Positions 17,187 through 25,799 of a stretch of 64,000 nt of DNA are shown in pieces; the first letter of the stretch is position 1, and each line of letters starts with the position of its first letter. Location of the stretch: IMG/VR virus record IMGVR_UViG_3300029940_000031. One strand, given 5' to 3'. The translations under genes were made by a program, and so were the position numbers. The notes under the pieces were generated by a model. It did no database searches. It was given only the letters and a program-made list of their open reading frames with translations, and was not told the DNA's origin. This stretch comes from a virus.

Positions 17187-17204
17187 GTTACCCGTAGGGT
17201 CAAC
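17187..17204. promoter_or_regulatory. Operator O1
   Basis: GTTACCCGTAGGGTCAAC, 27 nt upstream of the repressor start. Confidence 0.65.
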
Positions 17205-17345
17205 CTTTAATTATATATTAATACGAATGTTTCTCATAAGTAAACATTAAAAAGGGAATAAAAAGTAAAGCTTTTTATATTTTTCACTGTTTTTTGTCCT
17301 TATATAACATGATTGAAATTTAATTTTATATTTTTTACAAAAAAT

Positions 17346-17362
17346 GTTGTCCTTAGGGTAAC
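17346..17362. promoter_or_regulatory. Operator O2 overlapping the Cro promoter
   Basis: GTTGTCCTTAGGGTAAC; TTGTCC (-35-like) lies 17 nt before TATAAT at 17370-17375. Confidence 0.65.
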
Positions 17363-17401
17363 TTTTGTATATAATAAAAATTGTAAACGAGGTGATCATA
17401 A

Positions 17402-17611
17402 ATGAAAGTTAACCATCAATTACTTTTAAGACTCCGCCGTAAACATAATATGACACAACGAGAACTTGGCGAACGACTTAATAAGGCTAAAGAAACGATC
17501 TCTAGATATGAAAATGGAGTGAAGAATCCTAGCTTACAAACTTTATGTTCTTATGCAGAAGTTTTTGGTGTAACAATAGACGAATTAATGGAAAAGAAAT
17601 TGAAAGTCTAA
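17402..17611 (+). CDS. Cro-like XRE HTH protein
   Basis: RBS GAGGTGA; LRRKHNMTQRELGERLNKAKETISRYENG. Confidence 0.85.
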   Translation: MKVNHQLLLRLRRKHNMTQRELGERLNKAKETISRYENGVKNPSLQTLCSYAEVFGVTIDELMEKKLKV

Positions 17612-17626
17612 TTTTTTTAACTATAA

Positions 17627-17643
17627 GTTACCTTCAGGGTAAC
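17627..17643. promoter_or_regulatory. Operator O3 (perfect palindrome)
   Basis: GTTACC-TTCAG-GGTAAC, 16 nt after the cro stop. Confidence 0.6.
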
Positions 17644-17703
17644 TAAAGCGATTAATTAAAAATAATCGGAAAGCAAAATCCCTTAGAACAGGAGGCGGTT
17701 TAA

Positions 17704-17820
17704 ATGTTAGAAGAAAGCATATTCTCACATTTAATGATATTAGTGGGTGTTACCTTGCTTGCAGGATTCATTCAACTTATGGAATTCATAAACAAACGTT
17801 TGATTGAGGATGAAAAGTGA
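17704..17820 (+). CDS. 38-aa single-TM peptide
   Basis: RBS AGGAGG; MLEESIFSHLMILVGVTLLAGFIQLMEFINKRLIEDEK*. Confidence 0.5.
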   Translation: MLEESIFSHLMILVGVTLLAGFIQLMEFINKRLIEDEK

Positions 17821-17957
17821 TGGGGAAACAACAGCGAGATGAATACGAACGAAAGAAAATATTGTGGATCATAAAGGATTTAAGAGCTAGAGGGATACAT
17901 AACAGCGCAGATAAGGTTGAGGAAATGTATAAGAAGTTTATCACTCTAGCTAAATGA
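17820..17957 (+). CDS. 45-aa basic protein
   Basis: TGATG overlap with the previous ORF; MGKQQRDEYERKKILWIIKDL... Confidence 0.5.
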   Translation: MGKQQRDEYERKKILWIIKDLRARGIHNSADKVEEMYKKFITLAK

Positions 17958-18219
17958 TAAAAGCCCTGCAAGGGGATGCAGGGCAAGACTAAGGGTATTG
18001 AAGAATTGTCGATTCTAAAAGTAAAGGACTTCTTGGAATGTAATAAGTTTAACACGTAGTTCATTAAATTTTTATATAAAGATTTTACAGATTTATGAAC
18101 ACAATAAAATTTGATAAAAGGAGTGATTCATGTGGAAGAAAACAAGAATCAAGCCCCTGCGGTAACAGAGGCTGTTGTAGAAGTGAAAATTCTATTAAAT
18201 AATAAGCAAATTTGTGAAT

Positions 18220-18468
18220 CTAACGTTGTACTTCAACTTGACCAGAAATAGTAGCACTATATCGTTCATGCATACGTTTTCTTAAGTTATCTTCATAAGC
18301 TTTTGTCGCTTCTTTTATAACCATTTCTAGACTGCTCTCTGGAGTTAAATCATTATACTGGTGCGATTGTTCATGGACGTATTTTAAAACACCGTCAACA
18401 ATTTCATGATGAGATAGTTTGAAAATATCATCTAAGTCAACACGAATATTTATAGTAGTTGGTTTCAT
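18220..18468 (-). CDS. 82-aa protein, unknown function
   Basis: RBS GGAAGGAAG; the only minus-strand gene in the early region. Confidence 0.65.
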   Translation of the reverse strand: MKPTTINIRVDLDDIFKLSHHEIVDGVLKYVHEQSHQYNDLTPESSLEMVIKEATKAYEDNLRKRMHERYSATISGQVEVQR

Positions 18469-18817
18469 AAAAACACTTCCTTCCGTCTGATTAATTCGAC
18501 AAAAAGGAGGAAAATCCTACAAGGATAAGACGCGTATTCACTTGTCGTAATATTCAGGGATTTAATGGTGTTCCCCATCTAGTAAAAGGATTCCTGGATA
18601 TTTCGATGTGTGAAAGCATCAAAAAAGCCCGTACAGAAGCACAGGCCAGTTGTTACACATATCGGTAACTAAATTTTAACAAACTTTCAGAAAGTTAGCT
18701 ATTAAAAAATAAAAAACGCTCGATAGCAACGAGCGTTGTAGAGAAAACATTCCCTAAAATTAGCTACCTATATTATACCATAAGTTTTCTCTCAGTAAAT
18801 AAGGAGGAATTCAAAAA

Positions 18818-19018
18818 ATGATTGAAAATCCAATTACTTACGGAAATCATCACGATTCATCAGCAAGAGACTTTATGGATTATTGCCAAGGGTGTGGTGG
18901 AGAAATCTTCTACGGAGAAGGGTACCTTGATTTTAGTGGTGATCCGATCCATACCGAATCCGAATGCATCAAACAGTACGTTGAAGAACATTCAATGAAG
19001 AAAGTAGCGGGTAAATAA
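18818..19018 (+). CDS. 66-aa protein with a CxxC...C motif
   Basis: RBS AAGGAGGAA; CQGCGGEIFYGE. Confidence 0.7.
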   Translation: MIENPITYGNHHDSSARDFMDYCQGCGGEIFYGEGYLDFSGDPIHTESECIKQYVEEHSMKKVAGK

Positions 19019-19019
19019 G

Positions 19020-19196
19020 GTGGTCCTACAAAACAAAATTGAAGCTGAAATTCAAATTATGAAGAGTCTAGTTGAACGATACAAGCAAAGCAAAGAGCCT
19101 GACGCTGCATCAATGGTTGTAGCTTACGAATATGGATTACAAGCACTTATGGAAGTGTATGAAGCTAGTAAACAAACGGAAATAGCACCATTTTAA
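19020..19196 (+). CDS. 58-aa ORF, unknown function
   Basis: GTG start with a weak RBS; fills the gap between two genes. Confidence 0.35.
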   Translation: MVLQNKIEAEIQIMKSLVERYKQSKEPDAASMVVAYEYGLQALMEVYEASKQTEIAPF

Positions 19197-19213
19197 AAGA
19201 AGGGGAGATTCAT

Positions 19214-19846
19214 ATGATAACTGAAAATTACTTTTCTAAATTGGCTCAAATAGATTGTTCGGGACATGTTGAGAAGAAAGGGCGTTTTAATTACTTATCG
19301 TGGGCATGGGCAGTTAAAAAGCTTCGTGAAGTAGATCCAACAGCCACATGGGAAGTAAAACGATTTGATGGAGTGCCTTACCTCAAAACAGATTGTGGTT
19401 ACTTTGTAGAAGTTGAAGTAACTGTACAAGGAATACCACTAAGTCAAATTCACCCGATACTTAACAATCAAAACAAGCCGATTGCAGAGCCTAACAGCTT
19501 TGACATTAACACAAGTATCCAACGTTGCTTAGTAAAGGCAATTGCACTTCACGGATTAGGATTGTACATCTATGCAGGTGAAGATTTACCAGAGATCCAA
19601 GAGGAAATGATTACTGCTCAACAAGTTGGTGCAATTAAATTAAACATAAAAAAATTAGCTACCCTTCGAAAAGTGGATGAAGACACGATTAAAGGATACT
19701 TAGGTATTAAAGAGGTTGGCGAATTGACATTAAAACAAGCTGGAGAAGTACTTAAGAAATTAACAAAGTGGGTTAAACAGGCTGAAAAAGAAACTTCTGA
19801 AACTGAAGAGCAAGAACAAGTAGAAAAAATAGAACAAACAAACTAA
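19214..19846 (+). CDS. Rad52-like single-strand annealing protein (Sak/DUF1071 type)
   Basis: RFNYLSWAWAVKKL and ALHGLGLYIYAGEDLP are typical of the DUF1071/Sak family; early-region position. Confidence 0.7.
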   Translation: MITENYFSKLAQIDCSGHVEKKGRFNYLSWAWAVKKLREVDPTATWEVKRFDGVPYLKTDCGYFVEVEVTVQGIPLSQIHPILNNQNKPIAEPNSFDINTSIQRCLVKAIALHGLGLYIYAGEDLPEIQEEMITAQQVGAIKLNIKKLATLRKVDEDTIKGYLGIKEVGELTLKQAGEVLKKLTKWVKQAEKETSETEEQEQVEKIEQTN

Positions 19847-19861
19847 GGAGATGCTAAACCT

Positions 19862-20038
19862 ATGTTAGACAAAAATCAATCTAAATTCGTCCTTCCGAAG
19901 TGGGTGTGGAAGGGCGCATGGAATGAAAAAGAAGCAAGAGTAAAGGCGATTGAGTACATCACCCCTGATCGCTACCCAGGATATAAAATAATCAAAATTC
20001 AAGGCGACATAGCGGTATGCGAAAGGGCGAATGCGTGA
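19862..20038 (+). CDS. 58-aa ORF, unknown function
   Basis: RBS AAGGAGA; ATGA overlap with the next gene. Confidence 0.55.
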   Translation: MLDKNQSKFVLPKWVWKGAWNEKEARVKAIEYITPDRYPGYKIIKIQGDIAVCERANA

Positions 20039-20259
20039 TGTTTAAGATACCTGTAAGGCGTGGATCGATGAAAGAGATGTTAACAGCAGTTCGGGATTTA
20101 GAAAAACGAGGTTATGACTATGTAACGCCAATTAAACGAATATATAGGGCAGAAAGAACTTTTTATCATGAAGGTAAATTTAGGGGGAGAGAAAAGGTTC
20201 GGTTTACTGGCATGGAAGACAATGTGAGCTATGAATGTTGGATGAAGAAGGTGGACTAA
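20038..20259 (+). CDS. 73-aa protein, unknown function
   Basis: Start moved to M8 of the track ORF because of the TGATG coupling. Confidence 0.6.
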   Translation: MFKIPVRRGSMKEMLTAVRDLEKRGYDYVTPIKRIYRAERTFYHEGKFRGREKVRFTGMEDNVSYECWMKKVD

Positions 20260-21138
20260 ATGGCAAAATACAGACACGTTCAAACTTCATTTTGGTCAGA
20301 TGCAAAAGTTTCAGAAGAGATGACGCCAGAGGATAAATACTTTTACCTCTATCTAATGACTAATGAGCATACAAACCAAATTGGAGTTTATCAGATAACT
20401 AGAAAACAAATGGCTTTTGAATTGGGTTACTCAATTGAAAGTGCAAAAGCTTTATTGGATCGCTTTATTAATCATCATGATTTGGTAGTTTATAACGAAG
20501 AAACTAGAGAACTTTGCATACTTAACTGGGGGAAATACAACCTTAACAAAGGTGGCAAGCCGATTGAGGATTGCATAAAGAAAGAGCTTAAAAGTATTAA
20601 AGATTTATCGTTAGTACGACTGGTGCTAGAACGAACAGAAAACATCTCGTTAGTACAAAAAGTCAGTGTTTATGCGGGTCTTGACGATACGTCACACGAT
20701 ACGTCCACGATACGGGGACAAAAAGAAAAAGAAAAAGAAAAAGAAAAAGAAAAAGAAAAAGAAAAAGAAAAAGAAAAAAAGACTCCTCGTCACAAGTTTG
20801 AAACTTGCGACACCAATGGGGCTAAGTATCTATTTGAAAAAATTAAGGGGAACAATCCTAAGCAAAAAGAACCTAACTTCAATAATTGGGCAAATGAATT
20901 TAGATTAATGCGAGAACGTGACAACAGAGAACCACAAGAGATTAAGGATGTTATTGATTGGTGCCAAGCTGATCCATTCTGGCAGGGGAACATTTTATCT
21001 CCTAAAAAGCTACGGGAAAAGTTCGATCAACTAACTATTCAAATGAAATCTAAAAAGGGAGCGAAGAACAATGCAGAGAGCAGCGGCAGCAATACCAACC
21101 GATATAGCCAAAAAGGTGAATATGATTATGGATTCTGA
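20260..21138 (+). CDS. Phage replisome organizer / DnaD-like replication protein
   Basis: N-terminus YRHVQTSFWSDAKV...EDKYFYLYLMTN... is the replisome-organizer N-domain pattern; (KE)n linker; followed by a DnaC-like loader. Confidence 0.75.
   Translation: MAKYRHVQTSFWSDAKVSEEMTPEDKYFYLYLMTNEHTNQIGVYQITRKQMAFELGYSIESAKALLDRFINHHDLVVYNEETRELCILNWGKYNLNKGGKPIEDCIKKELKSIKDLSLVRLVLERTENISLVQKVSVYAGLDDTSHDTSTIRGQKEKEKEKEKEKEKEKEKEKKTPRHKFETCDTNGAKYLFEKIKGNNPKQKEPNFNNWANEFRLMRERDNREPQEIKDVIDWCQADPFWQGNILSPKKLREKFDQLTIQMKSKKGAKNNAESSGSNTNRYSQKGEYDYGF
20719..20780 (+). repeat. (GAAAAA)n hexanucleotide microsatellite, about 10 units
   Basis: Encodes KEKEKEKEKE... inside 20260..21138. Confidence 0.9.
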
Positions 21139-21880
21139 TGTGTGTGATACACATGGCATGAATAAGATGAAGTTCGGTGGACAAGTTGTTTGCCCTCGAT
21201 GCTTCCTTGAAAACGATAGTAAGAAGCTTCAGCAACAGGAGCAAGCGAAATACGATGCGGATAAAGCAAACGAGAAGAAATTCATGTTTCACCAACAAAG
21301 CATGATCGCAGATAGCAATATTAAACAAGCAAATTTTGATAATTATAAACCTACTAGCAAGGAAGGAGCGAAGAACCTTGAACTTGCAAAGGTCATCGCT
21401 ACGGATTATCTCAATGGTAAAGTATTTAACACGATTATGGCCGGAAATTGCGGGGCAGGGAAAACACATCTTGCTTACGCTATAGCGGATCAGCTTGCAG
21501 GAGCAGGGAAGTCAGTTGTTTTCGTTACAGTTGGCGAATTGCTACGGAAGATTAAAAGTACATTCAGTAAAGATTCTACATTAACAGAGGATGCAATTAT
21601 AAGAAGTTTAGTAAGAGCAGAAGTATTAATAGTCGATGATTTAGGAGCGGAGTTAGGCGCATTAGATGCCAATACAAAAGCGACAAATTTTATTAATAGG
21701 GTGCTATTCGATGTTTTCGATGGTAGGCAAGGTAAATCTACTATCTTCACGACAAACCTCACAGGGAAGCGTTTAGACGAGGCATACGATGAACGAATTG
21801 TATCGCGGATTCTCAATGATTTCAGAACGATTACTTTCAAAGAAACAAAGGATTACAGAAGAAAGGCATTGCCATTTTAA
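21122..21880 (+). CDS. DnaC/IstB-like AAA+ helicase loader
   Basis: Walker A GNCGAGKTHLA, Walker B VLIVDDLG; start set at ATG 21122 behind AAAAGGTGA (the track ORF starts at 21071). Confidence 0.8.
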   Translation: MIMDSDVCDTHGMNKMKFGGQVVCPRCFLENDSKKLQQQEQAKYDADKANEKKFMFHQQSMIADSNIKQANFDNYKPTSKEGAKNLELAKVIATDYLNGKVFNTIMAGNCGAGKTHLAYAIADQLAGAGKSVVFVTVGELLRKIKSTFSKDSTLTEDAIIRSLVRAEVLIVDDLGAELGALDANTKATNFINRVLFDVFDGRQGKSTIFTTNLTGKRLDEAYDERIVSRILNDFRTITFKETKDYRRKALPF

Positions 21881-21895
21881 AAGGGGGAATAAACG

Positions 21896-22159
21896 ATGTG
21901 TGTATGCGAAGGAACGGGAGTAATTAAGAACGATATGGGGAATGGCTGCTATCAATTTGCACCGTGTATTTGCGAAGCAGGGAATCGCAGTCCTGAAGAA
22001 GTGGATAGAAGACGTCATGCCGTTATGGCGGAGTTACGAGAAATTCATCAATTACAACTGGAGGGGAAATGGGATGCCACGACTTGGAACGGATTTGGAA
22101 AAGGAGAATTACACAATGGCGTTGCAGCAGGGAAAGTACATGAAGAAGTCGCGTCGTAA
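21896..22159 (+). CDS. 87-aa Cys-rich protein
   Basis: RBS AAGGGGGAA; CVCEGTG...CYQFAPCIC. Confidence 0.55.
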   Translation: MCVCEGTGVIKNDMGNGCYQFAPCICEAGNRSPEEVDRRRHAVMAELREIHQLQLEGKWDATTWNGFGKGELHNGVAAGKVHEEVAS

Positions 22160-22361
22160 CTTATATATCGCTTTAGAAGAGTTGGATTTAGTGTTTGATG
22201 AAAGCGAAGTGATTCAATTAAGAGAAATGTGGGATGAGGATAAAGATATTCTTGAAATAGCAAAAGAGCTAGGAAGGCATCAACTAGAAATCGCCGCATT
22301 AATTATGGATCAGGCAGATAAGAATAAAATCAAATCGCGTCCAATGGGGTTAGGGGCATGA
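22116..22361 (+). CDS. 81-aa protein with a possible HTH (IAKELGRHQLEIAALI)
   Basis: AAGGAG-N9-ATG inside the track ORF 21942..22361; overlaps the 3' end of 21896..22159. Confidence 0.5.
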   Translation: MALQQGKYMKKSRRNLYIALEELDLVFDESEVIQLREMWDEDKDILEIAKELGRHQLEIAALIMDQADKNKIKSRPMGLGA

Positions 22362-22621
22362 AACAACTAACACTGGAGGATGTAGTCGGAAGTTTTGATT
22401 ATACCGCAACAAGTACCGTGGACAAATTCTTGAAGTGTAATAGCGTTATGACGTACTCAGTAGAGTTTTACGATATAGATGAGAAGTGGAAGCTTCGTTG
22501 GTTTGAGGCGAAGTCCGAGAGCGAAGCTATAGAAATGGCTAAAAAGAAATATGGAAAGATACAGATTATCACCACGTATATTTCCGATAGAACCTTAGAA
22601 GAGATAATGAATTTAGAGTAG
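22358..22621 (+). CDS. 87-aa protein, unknown function
   Basis: ATGA coupling to the previous ORF. Confidence 0.65.
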   Translation: MKQLTLEDVVGSFDYTATSTVDKFLKCNSVMTYSVEFYDIDEKWKLRWFEAKSESEAIEMAKKKYGKIQIITTYISDRTLEEIMNLE

Positions 22622-22893
22622 GAGACATAGCGTTATGACGTATTTAAAGGACAGAAACTCATTTGATTGAACGAGGCACCAGTAGGCGTCATAGCGTCAG
22701 TAGAAACGTTGGGATTATTGGAATCAGAAAGAAATATGGGCCTCGGATTTACTGGCTATGGGCACTAAATAAAAAAATGGTCCTTACTATTACGTAAGAA
22801 CCCCATAATCGAAGAAAAAAAGTCGTATGTGAAACCAGGTGGGAATCACAATAATATTTTAACATCTAAATATATAGTTGTCTATACAACAAA

Positions 22894-22912
22894 GTGAACA
22901 AAATAGTTATTT
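22894..22912 (+). repeat. GTGAACAAAATAGTTATTT repeat, copy 1
   Basis: Followed by the hairpin AGCCCTAG...CTAGGGCT (22922-22948). Confidence 0.8.
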
Positions 22913-23036
22913 AAACGAAGGAGCCCTAGATTTAGGGATCTAGGGCTTCTTGTGTCGGTATAACTCACACAATTTTATGAAAAGAAAAGAACTTACTGAA
23001 GATAACACATAAATGTTTCGTAAATGTATCAAAAAA

Positions 23037-23055
23037 GTGAACAAAATAGTTATTT
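23037..23055 (+). repeat. GTGAACAAAATAGTTATTT repeat, copy 2
   Basis: Identical 19-mer; followed by the hairpin AACCCGTTT...AAACGGATT. Confidence 0.8.
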
Positions 23056-23203
23056 TATGATGAATAAATAAAAGAACCCGTTTGTTATAAACGGATTCTT
23101 CCCACAAGATTTGCAAGAAATTCAAGATAACTAGACCGGAGCACTTATTGAATTTCTTGTGATAATACTGTATGTAAAGGAATCAATAAGGTTAATGAAA
23201 TTT

Positions 23204-23220
23204 AAACAAAATAGTTATTT
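23204..23220 (+). repeat. AAACAAAATAGTTATTT repeat, copy 3
   Basis: 17 of 19 nt identical; followed by the GC-rich hairpin GCCCCA...TGGGG. Confidence 0.75.
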
Positions 23221-23765
23221 GAATAAAAGGAGCCCCATTTGTCTGGGGAGCCCCTAAGGGTAATCGTCAAGTAATGACGTACTCGACTAATTAACAATAT
23301 CATGAATTTTTTGGTAAAAATACTGGTAAATGTGCCCAAATGAGCAGGGCATCAATTTGAATAAAAAAACGCTATTTTAGTAGAAAACGTTGAAAAAGGA
23401 CCCGGAAAAGGGGGAGGGGTCCTTTTTAATGAAACAATAGAACTTTATGGGATTACCAATATATTACCATAAAAGGTAATTTATTTCCAGGTTGTAGATA
23501 TTGAGAAAACTTTATATAAAAACTTCATTTTGTATTAGGTTGGAATATAAAAAGAGCACTTAGTAAAGTGCTCTCGTGACGAGTCTCATTTTATAACGAC
23601 TATTTTATAGAGAAAGGAAATCAGAATATTATATGTGATTCCAGTTAATTGAGTGCTTCTTACAAATTAAAAGCAGCTAGCAAAAGCTAACTGCTCGGTT
23701 CTCCAAGGGGGAACAAGGAGAAAATCTGATGTCATATACAGTATTGACGGAATATTGAATTTTAT

Positions 23766-23954
23766 TCACGAGAGATTATATTCTGAAATTTGGATTATGA
23801 TAGTCGATATTCTCCATATTGACCAGAAAAGAATTAAAAGTTCTAGTGAAATTCCAAGGGTTCTTTTCTTAGTTTTTTGAGATTCTTTTATCAAATAGCC
23901 AACAGCACTAATTGCTATAAGAATGAAAAGAATAAGTTCAAGTGTAACTGGCAT
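23766..23954 (-). CDS. 62-aa two-TM membrane protein
   Basis: RBS TAGGAG; two hydrophobic helices separated by KESQKTKKR. Confidence 0.6.
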   Translation of the reverse strand: MPVTLELILFILIAISAVGYLIKESQKTKKRTLGISLELLILFWSIWRISTIIIQISEYNLS

Positions 23955-24065
23955 TCTATCTACTCCTAAAAATAAGTTTGTATATAACGATTATAAGATA
24001 TTTTCGGTGATTGGTAGTAAAAAATTCAACAAAATAATCCTTTTAATAGAAAGTGGGGAATAACA

Positions 24066-24695
24066 ATGGGGCTAGGAAACCGTGGGATGGCATTTGAAAT
24101 GCTTATCAATCTAGCGAATGAAATGTATCAAAGAGGGGGAGTGGCGCTTATAAACAAGCGTCCGACTCCTGTGAAGGTGTTAAAGAGCAAAAGTGGTCGT
24201 GTACTAAATGGATTCTATGAAGCAAAGAGCACAGTAGACTATGACGGCGTGTATAAGGGACGAGCTATCGCATTTGAAGCGAAGTCTACAGAGAAAGATA
24301 CACGTTTTGATTTAAAGAACATTGCACAGCATCAATTGGATTACTTGGAGAAAGCGGAGAAGATGGGAGCGATATGCTTCTTCCTTATAGAATTCAGTAA
24401 GGATAGGTCAGTATTCGCAGTGCCACTATCAGTCATTCAATCTTATATAAGGATGTCTCATCAACCGAAGGGCAAGAAGTCTATACCAAGAGCAGACTTT
24501 GATATTTATGGGTATTTAGTAGAACAGACAGAACGAGCGCCGATTGATTACTTGCAATATGTTGACGAAGTAGTAGCACCAGTCATGTTTGATGGAATGA
24601 TTCAATTTGATCAGGACTATCAAAAGGTAGCGAATAATATTGAAGCAGCAAAAGAGAAGATGGCCAACAAGAAATGTAAATTATTAAGAGTTTAA
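24066..24695 (+). CDS. recU: RecU-type Holliday junction resolvase
   Basis: NRGMAFEMLINLANEMY...INKRPTPVKV...STVDYDGVYKGRAIAFEAKST...QHQLDYL match RecU conserved blocks. Confidence 0.8.
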   Translation: MGLGNRGMAFEMLINLANEMYQRGGVALINKRPTPVKVLKSKSGRVLNGFYEAKSTVDYDGVYKGRAIAFEAKSTEKDTRFDLKNIAQHQLDYLEKAEKMGAICFFLIEFSKDRSVFAVPLSVIQSYIRMSHQPKGKKSIPRADFDIYGYLVEQTERAPIDYLQYVDEVVAPVMFDGMIQFDQDYQKVANNIEAAKEKMANKKCKLLRV

Positions 24696-24833
24696 TGGAT
24701 AACGGAACCTTGCAAGGTGGATGGTGGGGACTATTCGCTATGCATGTTTCCCTTATTCAACAAAGAGATAGTAAAATTTCACGTACCTGATGTGAATGTA
24801 AAAAGACAAATTCAGAAATAGGGGGATTCCTTC

Positions 24834-25220
24834 ATGGAGAGACAATTAACATTATTACCGACTATTGATAGAGAGACAGAAAAACAGGTTCAGAAAGAAG
24901 TAGTGAAAATACTAAAGGAATACCGCGCATTGAAAACGCGTTTTGAGAATGAAGTGGAGTTAAAACACGAAGGAATCAGTTTGTTCCCGGAGATTAGAGA
25001 CACGAGATATATTAGCAATATCAAGTTCAAGCAGATCGATAAGGCTTTAGGGTACGTTTTAGACTATGACGAGGCAGAAATCATCAAGAAGAAATACTTA
25101 AATGCAGATAAGCCGAAAGACAGCTTTATTTACACTGAATTATCGATGAAGAAAGATCACTTCTATTATAAGAAGAAAAATGCAATTCGATTGATCGCTA
25201 CATCTTTAGGGATGATTTAA
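24834..25220 (+). CDS. ArpU-family late transcription regulator
   Basis: 128 aa; LPTIDRETEKQVQKEVVKILKEYRALK start is typical of ArpU-like proteins; last gene before the packaging side of the genome. Confidence 0.65.
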   Translation: MERQLTLLPTIDRETEKQVQKEVVKILKEYRALKTRFENEVELKHEGISLFPEIRDTRYISNIKFKQIDKALGYVLDYDEAEIIKKKYLNADKPKDSFIYTELSMKKDHFYYKKKNAIRLIATSLGMI

Positions 25221-25230
25221 TAATAAAAAA

Positions 25231-25270
25231 AGCCAAATTAACAGTTTTTAATTAACTATCCATTTGGCTT
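25231..25270. terminator. Bidirectional terminator between convergent genes
   Basis: AGCCAAAT...ATTTGGCT stem with A and T runs. Confidence 0.75.
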
Positions 25271-25278
25271 TTTATGTT

Positions 25279-25617
25279 TTATTTTTTAGGCATCCATGTA
25301 TGTCCGCAATTCATGCAACCATTAACAATATTTTTTCTACCAACAAATCCACTGAATAAAATTATCGGTGGTCCTAGAAGTACAATAAGAAGACCAACAA
25401 TTGCAGAAAGTCCAACAACTCCATCCATAGAATTTCGAGGAACTATAACATATAAAAAATTAGAAACTATTCCAATAGTTATAAGTGTACCTAACAGAAG
25501 AAACAGAATAAAAAACGCCCTTTTGAAATTATAACCACGCTTATTACCGACTATTTGATCTGATTTGCATTTCCTACAAACCACGCGCTTTGTTACTTTT
25601 TCTTGTTGTACCGTCAT
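25279..25617 (-). CDS. Membrane protein with zinc-ribbon motifs at both ends
   Basis: CRKCKS ... three hydrophobic helices ... CMNCGH. Confidence 0.7.
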   Translation of the reverse strand: MTVQQEKVTKRVVCRKCKSDQIVGNKRGYNFKRAFFILFLLLGTLITIGIVSNFLYVIVPRNSMDGVVGLSAIVGLLIVLLGPPIILFSGFVGRKNIVNGCMNCGHTWMPKK

Positions 25618-25745
25618 GTCTAACCATCCTTGCTTTTATAAAATTATAATAGCTTAATTATATGATATTATCACCTGAACTGGATACAAATATTATCAAA
25701 AAAAGAAAAAATATAATAAATTGGAATGTTTATGTTTTTTAAAAC

Positions 25746-25768
25746 TTCGACAAAATACCGACAAAAAT
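25746..25768 (+). promoter_or_regulatory. Shared upstream motif, plus-strand copy
   Basis: TTCGACAAAATACCGACAAAAAT (CGACAAAATA / CGACAAAAAT direct half-repeats), then TTGATA about 20 nt downstream. Confidence 0.5.
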
Positions 25769-25799
25769 GGGGACTAAATAGGGGGAATTTTGATAATGA

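Noticed and set aside
17786-18064. 92-aa minus-strand ORF
   Set aside because: It is antisense to two RBS-preceded, translationally coupled plus-strand mini-ORFs in the early operon. It has no RBS and an implausible composition.
20666-20908. 80-aa ORF with a poly-Lys tract
   Set aside because: It is an alternative reading frame of the (GAAAAA)n microsatellite inside the replisome-organizer gene, and it has no independent start signals.
21942-22115. Upstream part of track ORF 21942..22361
   Set aside because: It overlaps almost all of the RBS-supported Cys-rich ORF 21896..22159. An internal AAGGAG-N9-ATG at 22116 gives a more plausible start. The overlap and the possibility of a frameshift product remain unresolved.
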